Assembly (NCBI RefSeq): GCF_038025025.1
Contig: NW_027117354.1
Coordinates: 62,001 to 126,000, forward strand
Length of the DNA: 64,000 bases
Reading direction: 5' to 3'
From: Phyllosticta citribraziliensis
Taxonomy: Eukaryota
A program made the position numbers and the translations under genes. Shown here piece by piece: positions 11,983 to 25,986 of this stretch (position 1 is its first letter; each line of letters begins with the position of its first letter). The notes beneath the pieces were generated by a model. It was not told the origin of the DNA, made no database searches, and saw only the letters and a list, made by a program, of their open reading frames with translations.

Positions 11983-14243
11983 ATGCCCGGCCAATTCTAC
12001 GCGCGCTACGTCCCTCCGAAAGCACACAAGGAGGCTCTTGAATCTCCGTCCAAGGAACCAGAGATACCATCGACCGTAAACGAGGTTGCAAGCCCAGCAA
12101 CCGCGAAAGAAAAGGACCCGAAGCGCCCAAAGAAGCGCAAGCGCGTGGAGCAACAAGATGCCACAACAGAAGACGATACAATGTCAAAGAAGCACAAGGT
12201 TGTGCTGTCGAAATTTGAAAAGTCGTCGCAGCTTGCTTCGGTAGTAGCTGCAATAGAGGAGCCCAAAGATGAGGCGCCAGAAGAAGAGCCTGAGCTGCAC
12301 GGCAAGTAGCACGTCCATTGGCTTTACACGTTTTCTGACGATTCAATCCAGACCTAGGACCCATCCCCCAGCCTGAACCTGTGCCCGATGTACCATACAA
12401 ACCCGGATTCTCCTCGCTTCCGTCCTGGCTGGCACAACCCATTACTGCTCCCATGAGCAGTCGCAAACCGTTTGAACAACTCCGGATAGACCCAAAGCTC
12501 ATCAAGCGCCTCAAAAGCAAGGGATACCACGAGGCATTTGCAGTACAGTCTGCCGTGCTGCCACTCCTGTTACCCGGCGGGCCTCCTGACGTGGCCGATG
12601 TTTGTGTTTCCGCTGCCACCGGCTCTGGCAAGACGCTAGCGTATCTTCTTCCAATGATTGAGAGCATGCGCCATCGCGTCGTCACACAACTACGCGGAGT
12701 GATTGTCGTCCCCACGCGTGAGCTGGTCGTCCAAGCACGAGAGGCCGCAGAGCTATGCGCCGTTGGCAGTGGCTTAAAGATTGGTACCGCCATGGGCAGT
12801 CACGCTTTTGGCGTCGAACAAGACTTGCTCGTCAAAAAGGGCAGGAGGTACGACTCGGCAGCTTCAGTACGGCTGCGAGATAAGGCAAAAAGACGTCTGG
12901 CCGACGGTTGGGCAGAAGATGACGATTGCGAGGACATTTTGGATGTCCTTCCTGGTCATGTGCCAGAGTACGAGTCAAAAGTCGACATTCTTATCTGCAC
13001 CCCGGGTCGTCTCGTAGAACATTTACACCAAACCAAGGGCTTCAATCTGAACCATGTCGAATGGCTCGTCATTGACGAGGCGGATCGGCTGCTCGATCAG
13101 AGCTTCCAGGATTGGGCGGAGACGGTGATGAATTCTCTGGAAGTGGAAAAAACGGTCGACCAAATGAGCCCAAGAGAACGAATCGTGGCCCATTTGCGGT
13201 ATCTCCCACAGCAGCGCAACGTGAGAAAGGTCATTTTGAGTGCCACAATGACGAGGGACCTGAGCAAACTCGATGCCCTCAGACTACGCAGGCCAAAGTT
13301 GGTCGTTGTCGAAGGGACCGAGCATGCAGGAGGCCGAGTCGACGGCGAGGGATTTGAGCTTCCCGATTCGCTACACGAATGCGCAATCCCTGTCGGCGAT
13401 GGCAGCCGAAAGCCATTGTTTCTCCTCCGTCTTCTTCAGACTAGGATTCTTCCAGACTTGCCCTATTCGGCAGCGCCGAGTTACGAGCAAATGGACGACA
13501 CCAAGTCTGACGATTCCGATGACTCGGAGAGCATATCGTCGACGGATACCGAGTCGACTGAGGAGTCGGATGATGACTCGGCATCTTCAGACTCGGACAG
13601 CTCTGCGTCTGAAGAATCTTCTGCGGCAGACTCGACGGAAACGGACTCTGATTCAGAGTCAGACGCACAGTCGAGTTCCGACACCCTCGGAGGAGACGAG
13701 TCGACAACACCAACACGCCCCACAACGACCGCCTCCACACCCGTCTCCAACGTCCTCATCTTCACACACAACAACGAAAACGCCAACCGCCTATCGCGGC
13801 TCATGGGGCTGCTCAATCCCGCCTACGCCCCCGTAACGGGCACACTGACCAAATCGTCGACGTCGTCGTCCTCGCGCAAGCTGCTGCGTGCTTTTGCCGC
13901 CGGCAGGCTGCGCATCCTGATTGCGTCGGACCGGGCGTCGCGCGGGCTGGACCTGCCGCACCTGGCGCACATTGTCAACTACGACATGGCGACGAGCGTG
14001 ACCAGCTACGTGCACCGCGTGGGGCGCACGGCGCGGGCGGGCAATGCCGGCGTCGCGTGGACCCTCTTTACGCGCTCCGAGGCCGGCTGGTTCTGGAATG
14101 TGGTTGCGCGCGGCGAGGCGGTTGCGAGGGCCGCCAAGGTTGATCGGTTGAGGCTTGAAGATGCGCTGGGTGAGGAGGCGGTGGAGCGGTATGAGGGCGC
14201 GCTGGCGCGGTTGAGGGATGAGGTGAGGGGGGTTGGCGAGTGA
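11983..14243 (+). CDS. DBP6: ATP-dependent DEAD-box RNA helicase Dbp6 (60S biogenesis)
   Basis: MPGQFYARYVPP start. Motifs AFAVQ, AATGSGKT, PTRELV, TPGRL, DEADRLL, SAT, SRGLD, YVHRVGRTARAG. Single intron 12302-12351 (GC-AG). Confidence 0.93.
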
Positions 14244-17200
14244 TGGTAGCGAATAATTTACATGTTCAAACTGTCCTTGACATTGCCTTGTGCTGAAAGC
14301 CAGTGACGACAGAGAAATGACAGACCTTGCCGTCGTGGCCGAGTGAGATGATGGAATGGAATACGGTACATGTGGTGGTGTGGTAGAGACGGAAATGCAG
14401 CTCAATTCTTGTCCATCACGAATGCTTACCTCAATAACGTCTACGTTTCCGCATGCGCCACCATCGTCTGCTCTTCTTTGCGTTCTTACACTCTCACACA
14501 AGCCCGGCACCATCTCATATTTCACGCTCGCCACGACGTACCTATGTATACGTCTCCAACGACGACCGGTCTGAGCCGCCCTACGCGCCAAAGGTGCTTG
14601 CTTGCCTTGGGGGAAGACTTGTCGAAAAAGGGGAAGTTGACACGAAGAATCAGAGAGAAAAGAAGAGAAGGCGTAGACAGGAGCGCAAGAGACTGCACCA
14701 AGGAAGAAGAGCGGAGCAGCAAGACGGCAGCATGACGACATGGCGAACAGCCTTAGGTCTTTGAAAAGGAGAGCGAGGAAAGGTGAGGCCTGACGGGACG
14801 CCAACAATGAACGGCCAACGTCACGATCAGGTCGTTCGTCTCGTCTCGTCTCGTCTCGTCTCGTGGATGACAACATCACCGAACGGAAGCCAGCCCTCAT
14901 CATCACAACCACTCCGACCGAATCAGCCGTGTGGGCTGGCCGGGCAGTGGGCGCGCATGGGCAAACAACGAGCATGCCTGCGCGCATGCATGGTCCAGAT
15001 AAGCATATACGAAGGCGCCGGGACGCCGCAAACGTTTCGTTTCGATGCTTGGGATGCTTGGGTTCCCTAACCACCCTCTCGACCCACCCCTGTCTCCTGC
15101 TCTTTTTTTTTCTTTCGTCCTTTTCTTTTGCTGCTGGTCGTCTTTCCAGACCGTCGGGCCACCGCCGCGCCCGCCGCCGCCGCCCGTTGCGCAACCAACG
15201 TGCCTTGCCGTCCGTCCGTACACACCTAGGCCATCCGTCCACGCCCGCCACGCCCCCGCTGCGCCGTCCGACTGGTTGCGGGTGGACGGCCTTGTTGCAC
15301 GACAGAGAATTTTCTACGCTGCGCACTGGGTGGGTGCGAGCCGCGGTAGGCATGCCTGGGCTTCCTCGGCGCGCGCGCTGCTGGGAGGTGCTAGTTCTTG
15401 GCCCTGCTGTGCTCGGGGGTCGCGCACACTGGGCTGTGGTTGTGGCGCCGCTCTTGGCGATTGTGCAAGCCAAGACATGGCCGTGTGGTGTTTCGCTGCG
15501 GCCTGCTCTGGCTGTCGACTCGGTGATGATGATGATGATGGAGGTGGTGGTGAGTGGTGAGTGGCTCCGCTTTTGTGGTTGGAATGGTGGTCCGCGGGGC
15601 GCAGAGAGACCAGACCTCACATCGCACGACTCCCCTCTCATCACCCAGGACGTCGTCTTTACCGCACCACCCAGCAAATGCGATGGATAATGTCGTCAAG
15701 AGTCACCGCTGCCACCACCTGCCCGTTCCGCTCGCCGCCGCCCCGCCAGCCCAGCCGTTTAGATTTGCCAAGCCCGACACGGTTGGCCTTTTTCTCCCCC
15801 TGAGTAGCAAGGTTGCGGAAGATCGACATAACCCAGAGTCAAACCACGGCCGTGGATGATGGGCGACGGGTCGAATTGACAAACGTCGTCTGCCTCGTTC
15901 ATCCTTCCATCAGCGTATCGCATCCATTCTACCGTCCGCCTGGCAAACACGCAAGCGCCACAGTGTACGCACGACAGATGGCAGCGGTAGCGCCCGCTTG
16001 CCCGCTTGCCCGCCAGCGCAGCAAACGGCCAGCCTGACTGACGTGCGCCGAGTTGATGCCGCTGGGCTCGAGCGGCCTGTTGCTTGCTTGCTTGCTTGCT
16101 CGCCCTGACTTACTTCATCCAAACTACTGACTGACTGACGAACAAAAAAGATGGCGCCATCCTCGCCACTCGTCGTACACACCAGTACGTACCGCACACA
16201 GCGGTATCCAGCGCGCCGACTTGGCGACATGCAGGCACGACTGCTCTGCGTTGGCCATGGCTGGGCGGGCGGCGGGTGATGTGCAAGCCGACGTGGTAGG
16301 TAGGTAGGTGGCATTTGATTCGGTCCCTGAATCTCACGACCAATTTCTCCGGGCGAATTAATCGACGAATGCGTTTCTTGCCGCCGTCCCGAATCGCACG
16401 ACGACGTGCTCGTTGGGGAAAGCCAGGCCAAGACTCGTCTCCTTCTGGCGGCTTGTATTCCGTTGGTCACGCATCTACCGTAGGTGGTCGCAAGGAATAA
16501 CTAGCCACCCACCATGGAGGCGGCGACGGCGGCCCCCGACAGTGGGTCCTTTTCCCCCGTTGTTTGTTGGACCAGGATTGTCTGCCCAGCCTTTTACTGG
16601 ACCGACTTTCTTCACACAGCCTCTACTACGTATCCATGGCCCCCCGAGGATGTCACTTTTGGGCAGCTGGCTGGAGCAAACACCGACATCGTCATGGCTT
16701 TGGCTCCCCGGCCGAGCACATGGCCATGCTGTGACCCGGGCGGAGGGTTGCTGGCAGCGGGACCCTGCGAGCTTCGGCTGGTCCGCCGGTCACCGCCATG
16801 TGTTGCTATCGATAGACATGGGGACGGGACTGACAAGGTGCGAGCAGAGACAAGCAACGAAATGAGCGAGGGCATGGGACCAAAGTGGACATGGCGCCTC
16901 AGCCCCTGTTTCGACGCATCTGTTGTTGGATCGTCTCCCAGATGGAGGCTGTCGAGCAATCAAGCAGGCGGTTTGGGGAGGCCAATCAGGTCGACGGAGG
17001 TTGGATCAGCTGGTGCTAATGTCCGAGGAGCCATCCCACGCGTGGAGCCGTGCCTGTTTCAAAGAGGCAGCTGTTTCGCTGGTCGGATGCTTCATCTCGA
17101 CAGCGACCAGGGCAAAGAGTCGTGACAGGCGAGCATTGGAGAGGTGAGGCCTTGGGGTGGCCAGAGCATTGGTTTGGTTGGAGAGGCGGGCCGGCCGACG

Positions 17201-17519
17201 GCGACACAGGCACAGGAAGGAGAGTACGTACAGATGCAGACGGCAAACTGTATGTACATGCATCTAACCATACTAACTGCAGGTATGTGTGAGGCCTGAG
17301 GTCGGTCGAGGTTCAGGTGCAGTGCATGTCGTCGATCCCTCGGGGTTGGTGCGTGAATTTCTCCATGCAGCAACTGAACACTGCTTGCTCCTGATGCACC
17401 CTCAAAGTCCTTAAAAGTCGGCCCTCCGCCGCTCGTCTGGAGAGCTCCTCATCGCCCCATCGCACTCCGTCCTTGGTCAATTACTCGGGGCGCATCAATC
17501 CCGTCACCCTCTCACCACC

Positions 17520-19293
17520 ATGCCTTCGTACTCGACAGCAGCCCTGGCGGCTCTCGTCGGCACCGCCCTGGCCAGCCCAGTCGCCCGCCACGAACTCCAA
17601 AAGCGCAACACCTTCTCGTTTGCCCAGGTCGAGCGCGGCACCTACGTCAAGAACGGCCCGGCGCAGGTTGCAAAGGTGCACAAGAAGTATGGCAAGACGA
17701 TTCCATCCGCCGTCAACGCAGCCGTTAGCGCCGTGTCGGCGTCTACGACTGGATCCGTGCAGGCCACGCCCGAGGACAACCTGGACTCTCTGTACCTGTG
17801 CCCCGTGACGATTGGCGGCACCGAGCTGCAGCTGGACTTTGACACGGGATCAGCCGACCTGTAAGTGGACTTTTCTTGGATGGTGTTGAGGGAGAGAGGT
17901 GGTCAGGGTCAGGGATTGAGTTGGCGGCGGCGGCAGCCATGGGCCGAGCCCTGAGCTTGTACCTGATGGATGACGCGACGCGGCGTTTCAGCCCGCGAGC
18001 CTCTTGTTTCAGCTGCGTGGCGCTGCCGCCTCTCGACGACCAACACCATGACGTCTCCCACTCAATTCCCGTTTCTTCTTGCAGTGCGTCCAGCTAACGC
18101 CCCGCAGCTGGGTCTTTTCCAGCCTAATGGCCCAGGATGAGCAGACGGGCCACGCAATCTACAAGCCCTCCAGCTCCGGCACCAAGAAGAACGGCTACTC
18201 GTGGGACATTTCCTACGGCGACGGCTCCGGCGCTTCTGGCACCGTCTACGCCGACAAGGTCGAGGTCGGCGGCGTCACAGCCACGTCGCAGGCCGTTGAG
18301 GCCGCCACCTCAGTCTCGTCATCCTTCACCTCGGACACGGACAACGACGGCCTGCTCGGCCTGGCCTTTAGCAGCATCAACACTGTGTCGCCCAAGTCGC
18401 AGACGACCTTTTTCGACACGGTTGCTGACCAGCTGGCTAAGAAGCTCTTCACCGTGACGCTGAAGAAGGGCGAGGCCGGCACCTACGACTTTGGCTACCT
18501 CGACGCGTCCAAGTACACGGGCGACATTGCCTACGTCGACGTCGACAGCTCCGAGGGCTACTGGGGCTTCACGCTGGACGGCTACGCAGTCGGCGACGGC
18601 GCCGTCACCACCAACTCCTTCAGCGCCATCGCCGACACGGGCACCACGCTGCTCTACCTCCCGGACGAAATCGTCGAGGCCTACTACAAGCAGGTCGACG
18701 GCGCCAGCTACGACGAATCGCAGGCCGGCTACGTCTTCAGCTGCAGCACCGACCTGCCCGACTTCACCCTCTCCATCGGCGGCGCCAAGCGCACCGTCCC
18801 CGGCAGCTACATCAACTACGCGTCCGTCGACGCCAGCAGCTGCTACGGCGGCATCCAGGGCTCGTCGTCCATCGGCCTGTCCATCATCGGCGACATCTTC
18901 CTCAAGAGCCAGTTCGTCGTCTTCGACCAGACGCAGGCCTCGCCGCGCCTCGGCTGGGCGCAGCAGAGCTCCTCGTCCAACGCCCCGGCCAACGGCACTG
19001 GTTCCGCCAGCTCCCAGACCAAGGGTAGCGCCTCGTCGCCCGTCGCCTCTGCTACCCCGACGCCCACCCCCGCCTCCACCGGCACCGGCGCCGGCATCTT
19101 CCCCTCCGTCTTCCCCTCGGGCTTCCCGTTCGGCGGCAGCGGTAGCTCTGGCTCCTCGTCCTCGCAGCAGCAGGGCTCCGGATTCAGCGAGTCGTCGTCG
19201 TCGTCGTCGTCGTCTGGCTCCTTCGACCAAGCAGCCGCGACCGAGGCGTTCAACGAGGCGCTGGCTGCGGCGCAGGCGGCGGGCTTCAACTAA
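17520..19293 (+). CDS. Secreted A1 aspartic protease (aspergillopepsin/penicillopepsin-like) with Ser/Thr-rich C-terminal extension
   Basis: Signal peptide and propeptide. Catalytic motifs [11 protein letters not shown] (split by intron 17861-18107) and IADTGTTLL. Also [28 protein letters not shown]. Confidence 0.95.
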
Positions 19294-20949
19294 GCCTGGC
19301 CAACCAGCCAGTCAGGCGGCAGGCCTCGACGCGGGGCGGTGTTGTGGTTGATTTCTCTCGTCCTTCTCTTCCTTTCTTTTCTCTATTTTCTTGAGTGGCT
19401 GAGTGGCCGTCGTCATGATGATGGCTACAGTAGTGACTCAACGGACGGACGGTCGACGAAGTGACCGAGTGGAGCGCTTTGCATTTGCATTTGCATCTTG
19501 AATGGCATGGACATGGCATGGACAGCGTGGGCATAGCGTACGTGCGCGTGTAGATAGATGACTGGGTCTTCTTTTCAGCGTGTGTGCATACATCAGCAAG
19601 CAAGCATGGCATTTAGGTAGTGAGCGGAGGCATGTAAAATGGATACAGGCTGCCCGTGTCGTTGAGGGCATCATCATTGTCAGCATTGTTACTATGGCCG
19701 TCAGTCTGCTCTTGGTTGTGTTTCTCTGCCTCCTGTCGTCCTTATGGCGGACTGACTGACTGACTGCCATGGCGTGATCAAAGGACACGCAGTTCGGAAC
19801 ACGGGTCCCCAAGCACGATATGATAGAAGAACTGACGGCGTAAGGTAGGTGGTTTGTTGGTGTGTAGCTACCCATGTACCGTGTATAGTAGTAGATGCGT
19901 TCCCGGCATCCGTTGTCTCCCGACGACGACGACGACTTTTCTATCTTTCTTTCTGTCTTGTCCCCTTCTCCTCCTCTCTTCCATCTGTGATGATGAACGG
20001 GGTAAAGTAAGTGTGGGTGTGCCTGTGTGCCTGTGTCCTCCCGCCTGTGCGCCTACTGCTGCCCCTGTCTCTGTCTCTGCGAGGCAAATGTAACGAAACT
20101 AGACCCAAACGGCGACCAAACGCAAAAACGAAAAAGAAAGCGAATGCGGCGTCAGAAACGACGAGAGAGAGGGAGACATGACGGAGAAGCTTGAGAGAGA
20201 CGTATGCCATGCCATGCCACGCCACGCCATTCACAAGCAAGAAAGCAAGCAAGCCCACCCGCCACGCTCTCCTCTTGCCCCCTCGCCACAACTACGGCAG
20301 GCCGACACATCTGACGGCCGTTTCTCGACTGCACTCCATGCATCCGCACGCATGCACGTCACAACGACGCGGAACATGCGTGCCGACCGACAGCCAGACA
20401 GACGACGCCATGGATGCATCCTCCCGCGTGGAGGTTGAGGGGTCACAGCGCGTTAGCAGGAGCATTGGCGTGCGGGATGGATCCATCCTTCAGCGTCGGC
20501 CCGTCGCTCGAGTGAATACCGTTGCGTGGACTGCGTTAGGTTGTGCCTTGGATGTGGTGGAGATGGGTTCCTTGTCGAGGCGGGCGTTTGGGGGGCCGTT
20601 CTGCCTGTCGTTTGTGCGCGGTATTGCCGTCAGAGGCTGTGGCTGACGTCTGCGTTCTTTTGGCGTCTAGTTTCGCTCTTGAGGGCTATGGTGCTTGGAA
20701 TTGACATGTTTTTCTTGGTTTTCTTTTGGGTTGATCACGCGCCATGGTGGGCCTCCGTCTGGTTCGGTTCCTGGAATGAGAGGTAGGGGACCGCCGTTTT
20801 GCCAACTGTGGCGTGCGTCATGAGCAAACGACCAGTGGCAAAACATCCAGTGAGTCAAGCGCCCCCTCCGAAACATTCAGGAGCCGCAAACATGGCTGCA
20901 GGAGCAAAGACGGGCATTCAACAAGCTACAGGCGGTTGGACGTGGCTAC

Positions 20950-21788
20950 TCAAGCCTTGCCCTTCTTCTTATCCTTCTTCTTCTTGACCGGGCCGGAGCC
21001 GCTGTCACTGGCGCTGCCGCCAGGCGTCTCGCCCTGCATCTCGGCCATCATGTCCTTGAAGATGTTTTCGCTGACGCCACCACCGCTGAGGCCGGCCGAG
21101 TGGAGGGGCAGAATCGTGTTCATCTTCCAGCCCTTGGGGATTGCGGGAGGCTTGAGCTCCTTTGGCGGAGGCAGACCAGCGATGCGCAGACGCATTGGGG
21201 CGTCGGGCGTTGTGGGGTGAGCTTTGAGGTAAGCACCGACGAGGTTGTAGAGGTGGTGTTCTGGACGTGTCAGCTCGAACAAGCACCTTGCGCTATTGAT
21301 GGAGACATACTGTTCTTGACGGCCGAGTTCACTGGCTTGCCGTCTTCCTTGAGCAATATCCGCACCCTGCCCGGATTCGCCCAGTCCTTGGGATGCGTCT
21401 TGCCCGGCTCAAACACAACCTGCAGGCCCAACGCCGCAACCGCGTCGACAATTTCGCGCGCCAATGGGTTCTCGACCGCCAGCTCCTTGCCGACGCGCCG
21501 GCCCTCGGCACGCGTGCGCATCGCGTCAAAGTAGACGGGATACACGCACTGCCAGTTCTTGGAGCGCTCACGATGCTGGGCTTCGGCCTGCGCGTTGGGC
21601 GTGATTGGGTGCTGCGGCGTCGACATGAATTGCTGCTGCTGCTGCTGCTGCTGAGAGGACGAGGGACCGCCGGCTCCCAAGTCCACGCCGCCCATCATGC
21701 GCGCGAGGGATTGCGGGTCGAACTCGGACGGGTCCATCTCGCTGGGGTCGCTGTCAGACAGCTCTTCGACGCGCGCATGGTGCGACAT
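20950..21788 (-). CDS. SEC65: Signal recognition particle subunit SRP19/Sec65
   Basis: MSHHARVEE start. Motifs [25 protein letters not shown] and [13 protein letters not shown]. Intron 21261-21310 gives KNKHHLY. Basic C-terminus. Confidence 0.95.
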
Positions 21789-22748
21789 GGTGGGCAATAG
21801 GTGTGCGGGTGAAGGGCAAAAGTTGGAGAGACGTGTATGTTAACATCCCCGCGATGCGTTCTGCCGGAAGTTCATTCACCGCCCTTTGCTTGGCGTTGGC
21901 GGAATGTCTCCGCTTCGCTCGACCCCGGATTCCTCCGCCCTCTGTTTCGTCTCCGCCGCCTCGCAGGCTTCATCCCGAACGTTGGGTCTCATCTTTTCAT
22001 GACACGCCGGCAATTTACACGCTTCACATTTGCAGACTGGACAACCCACGCCGGCGTTGGAACGGCAACCTTCAGCCAGCTCAACACGCAATGTTTGTTG
22101 ACGTAAACATGCAGAGGGACTGTTTTTCCATCCACGGGTCGATCTAATCTTGCCGCCTGACCCCAGATCAAGCTTTAGAGTCAGGGCAATTGTTCCCCGG
22201 GCTTCTTGCAACGCGTGTCTAATTTTGTTGTCAAACCAGGCAAAATCTGGCAGCACTCATCGCTCCCCGTTGCACATGCCAATAGCAATTCGCAGCCTGC
22301 GCACTAAACACACTACGCTGTTGGACGAACCGCATTTCCAAGCTCCAGGCACATGATGAAGGGAAGTGGAGTAGATCGATTAGTTCCACGACGCGATCCA
22401 GGGCTCGAGAGTCCCTGAGGAGCCCGGTCCGAGCCGATTCCTTGACTCAACTCAGCTCTCCCACGTCTCGTCCCCGCCGCTATACCCTGCTCCGTCTGTG
22501 CTCGACGCGGTTCGCAGCTGACAGTCCGCGCATTGCAATACCGCATGATAAGCGACGGCTTCAGGGCAAAGGCGTATGAAAGGCGTCTAGAGCGGCGCCA
22601 GTCTGTAACGCTGCATTGGAACTGGAGTGACTCAACGTCTCAATTAGTGTCGCTCGGGCTATTTCACAACACCGTATCCGCCATTCTTGAAGCATCAACG
22701 ACTAAACGGAAACATTCTTTCGAAACCTAGATCTATCCAACTCGCATC

Positions 22749-24803
22749 ATGTTCTCCTCACAAAAGCCCAATGGCACCGCCGCCGCGTCCAAGTCGACGC
22801 CCGTCCTCCAGCGCTCCCTGCGCTTCACGCCTCCCACCATTACCGCCTCGCGCGGCATATACGTCACGCTAGAGTCGGGGCAACAGGTGCTGGATGCGAC
22901 GGCCGGCGCGGCGGTGGCATGTCTGGGCCACGGAAACGAGCGCGTGCGCGATGCCGTCATGCGCCAGATGGACCAGATTTCGTACTGCCACAGCTTCATG
23001 TTTGGGACGCAGTCGGGAGAAGAGCTGGGGAAACTCGTCATTGATGGGACGGGGGGACGTATGAGCAAGGCTGTTTTTGTAAGCTCGGGTGAGTAGACAG
23101 CCTTTTCTGATTTCGGAGTGGGTTGAATGCGCGTTGGTTCTCGTCCAGATACGTTTTCTTTGCTCCTCCTTGGTTTCGGTCATTTTCGTTGGGGAACGTG
23201 GGAGTCAAGAGGTGGTGCCCAAGTCTGTTCAGGAATTGTCAATTTCCTATTCGGTTCATCTTTTCGACCTCATACCCCTTCCAAATCTCAAACCCTTTTG
23301 TCACAAAAAGAGAACATCCAAATCTAACAGTTCCCAGGCTCCGAGGCCGTCGAAGCAGCCATGAAAATGGCACGGCAATACTTCCTCGAACTCTCACCCC
23401 CGCAACCTAAGCGCATCCACTTCATTGCAAGAAAGGGGTCCTATCACGGAACAACGCTGGGCGGACTGTCGCTGGGCGGGCACGTCAGCCGGCGCGCGGC
23501 TTTTGAGCCCATCCTCATGCCCAATATCTCGCGCGTCGAGCCGTGCAACGAGTACCGCGGGAGGCGCGAGGGCGAGAGCGTCGAGCAGTATGTGCAGCGC
23601 CTAGCAAAAGAATTGGATGACGAGTTTGAGCGCGTGGGACCGGAGACGGTGTGCGCGTTTGTGGCAGAGCCGGTTGTTGGTGCGGTGAGTGCCGTGGTTT
23701 CTATGTCATGTCTATCCGCTGGTTGAAGTCGTTGTGGACGGTGTGAAAAGACTGGATGCCATGACCCAGCACTCCCTCATCAGTTCTCTACACAGATACA
23801 TTGGCTGACTACCTCAAACGCAGGCCCTCGGCGCCGTGCCCTCTGTCCCCGGCTACTTCGCCGCCATGCGCGCCGTCTGCGACAAACACGGCGCGCTGCT
23901 CATCCTCGACGAAGTCATGAGCGGCATGGGCCGCACGGGAACACTTCACGCATGGGAGCAAGAGAACATTCTGCCAGACCTTCAGACTATCGGAAAAGGT
24001 TTGGGCGGTGGCTTCGCGCCAATTGCGGGCCTCCTCGTTGGCCACCGCGTCGTCGACGCACTCGACAAAGGCTCCGGCGCCTTTTCGCATGGCCACACGT
24101 ACCAGGCGCACCCCGTGGCGTGCGCGGCAGCGGCCGAGGTGCAGCGGATCGTCCAGGAGGACGACCTGATGGCGAACGTGCGGGCCATGGGGGCGTTGTT
24201 GGAGAAACTGTTGAGGGAGGGGTTGGAGGGGCATCCGAATGTTGGCGATATCAGGGGAAGGGGGTTGTTTTGGGGGGTCAGTATTCTCTTTTTCTTTCAC
24301 CCCCCTCCTTCCTATCTCTGTTTACATTTCTCCTGTTGTACTCGTTTGTTTTGCGCGCGTTTTTTCAACTGTGTTTGGGAGAGAGTGAATGTGTAAAAGA
24401 CCCCCCGTGCTGACTCCGCGCCGCCGCGCGACGCAGATTGAGTTTGTCCGCGACAAGGCGACGAAACAGCCGTTCGAACCATCCCAGACCGTGGCCATGA
24501 GAGTCCACGAAAAAGGTACCGTGCCAATTATCACCCTCCTACCCTTCTCTCACTGACCCCTAACCCTTCCCCCACTCCTCCCATTGTACTCCACCGCTAC
24601 CCCCACACGCACCCAAGACTAACCTCAACCCAGCCCTCCAGCCCCCCCACAGCATCGCCATCTACCCCGGCAGCGGCACCGCCGACGGCACGCGCGGCGA
24701 CCACGTGCTCCTGGCGCCGCCGTACACGGTGACGGCGGCCGACGTGGAGGAGATTGCGCGGCGCACCGTGGCCGTCGTGTGCGAGGTTTTGGGGGAGTTG
24801 TAG
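22749..24803 (+). CDS. PLP-dependent class III aminotransferase (substrate unknown)
   Basis: Motifs LDATAGAAVACLGH, SSGSEAVEAAMKMARQ, SYHGTTLG, FVAEPVVGA, LLILDEVMSGMGRTG, DLQTIGKGLGGG, HGHTY, DIRGRGL, DHVLLAPP. Introns 23089-23338, 23685-23823, 24277-24437, 24516-24633. Confidence 0.93.
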
Positions 24804-25129
24804 GGAGCGGCGGCGAGCCAGCGGTGAGGAAGATGAAGAGAATGGGGGAGAGGGGGGAGGGAGAGCAGAGATTGAGAAGAAAGAAGAGGGGCGTTGAGGC
24901 AGATGGGGCAGCGGACGGCGAGGATGAGGAACGGAAGGGAATTGGTGATGGCAGTTGTTTCAAACGGTTGGTTGCTGCTGCGTAGCGCGGCCTACAGCAC
25001 CTAGCTCCTAGGTACCTACCGTAGCGTGGGCGCAGCAGATGCGGCATAGCGCGCAGCTAGCGCGATCGCGACCAAGGCTCATGAAACAGAGGCACAGAGC
25101 GAGCGGGAGGGAGTGGGTGCGAGCGCGAA

Positions 25130-25155
25130 AGAGAGAGAGAGAGAGAGAGAGAGAG
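25130..25155. repeat. (AG)n microsatellite
   Basis: About 13 dinucleotide copies. Confidence 0.95.
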
Positions 25156-25947
25156 GCCTTGGCACGCAGCCGCAGCTGTTGGTTGCAGTAGTAAAACAGG
25201 ATGGGTGGCTTGGCTTGCCTTTTTGGCGTAGTGCTGTTCTTTCGCGACGGCTGTTTGCTGTGCTTCTGATGAGAGGAGTGAGGTAGAGTAATAGAAAGAC
25301 GGCCTCCAACACTCAACACCGCCACTCAGACCGCGGAAAGTAGACTTCGTTTCTCCCGCGCTCGGGGTGATGCGCACACAGCCCGTCCTTCGCGGCGCAG
25401 TTGCGTTTCCCCGTCTCAGCTCTTCACGCGGACATGTCAATGACCGAGCTTCGTTTCTCAGTCCTCACCGTCTCAGCCTCACACTCCGTCCTCCGGCTCA
25501 TTTACTGGCGTCGTTCGCGCAATGACGTCACGTGGAGAAGTGGAGACTACCAACGGCGGGGCGCTGTAGAACCAAGACAACACCTACGTCGTGCTGTTTG
25601 GCTCACTAAGATCGGTATATAGGTAGGTAGCTGCCGGCCGAGTAACGGTGCGCATGTCGTTGGGCTACCGCCGTTCGCGTAGTCAATGCGTTTGGCGAGG
25701 CATGTGCGTGTGGTTTAAAATCTCGGGCAGTATTTTCGCCATCAGCGACAGACACGTAGATGGAAAGATATGGTGATGGTGACGATGGCGACAGTGCGTC
25801 ACGAGCGAGCGAGCGAGCGTGGGGTCCACAGTCCACACAGGTGAGCAGAGCAGGGCAGGCGGACGAGCAGTTGGCTCCGCATTCACGCACGCAGCACGCA
25901 GCACGCACCCCTTGCACGCGCTCTGCTGTCCCTGACGACGCCGGGCC

Positions 25948-25986
25948 AGGTAGGTAGGTAGGTAGGTAGGTAGGTAGGTAGGTAGG
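25948..25986. repeat. (AGGT)n microsatellite
   Basis: About 9 perfect tetranucleotide copies. Confidence 0.95.

Noticed and set aside
13791..15677. 628-codon minus-strand ORF
   Set aside because: No ATG start, built from microsatellites and GC-rich intergenic DNA, partly antisense to DBP6, no domain or coding-like composition.
18319..19351. Long antisense and alternative-frame ORFs over the protease (similar ones at 33707-34801 and 37295-38323)
   Set aside because: Expected shadows of very high GC3 codon usage in real genes.
22342..22423. Possible C/D-box snoRNA (ATGATGA 22353, CTGA 22415, GCTCC/GGAGC stem)
   Set aside because: The stem is too far from box C for a canonical k-turn, and I cannot identify an rRNA-complementary guide; compatible with chance.
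25523..25530. Perfect CRE/ATF palindrome TGACGTCA
   Set aside because: A single 8-mer ~2 kb from the next start codon is expected by chance in 64 kb.
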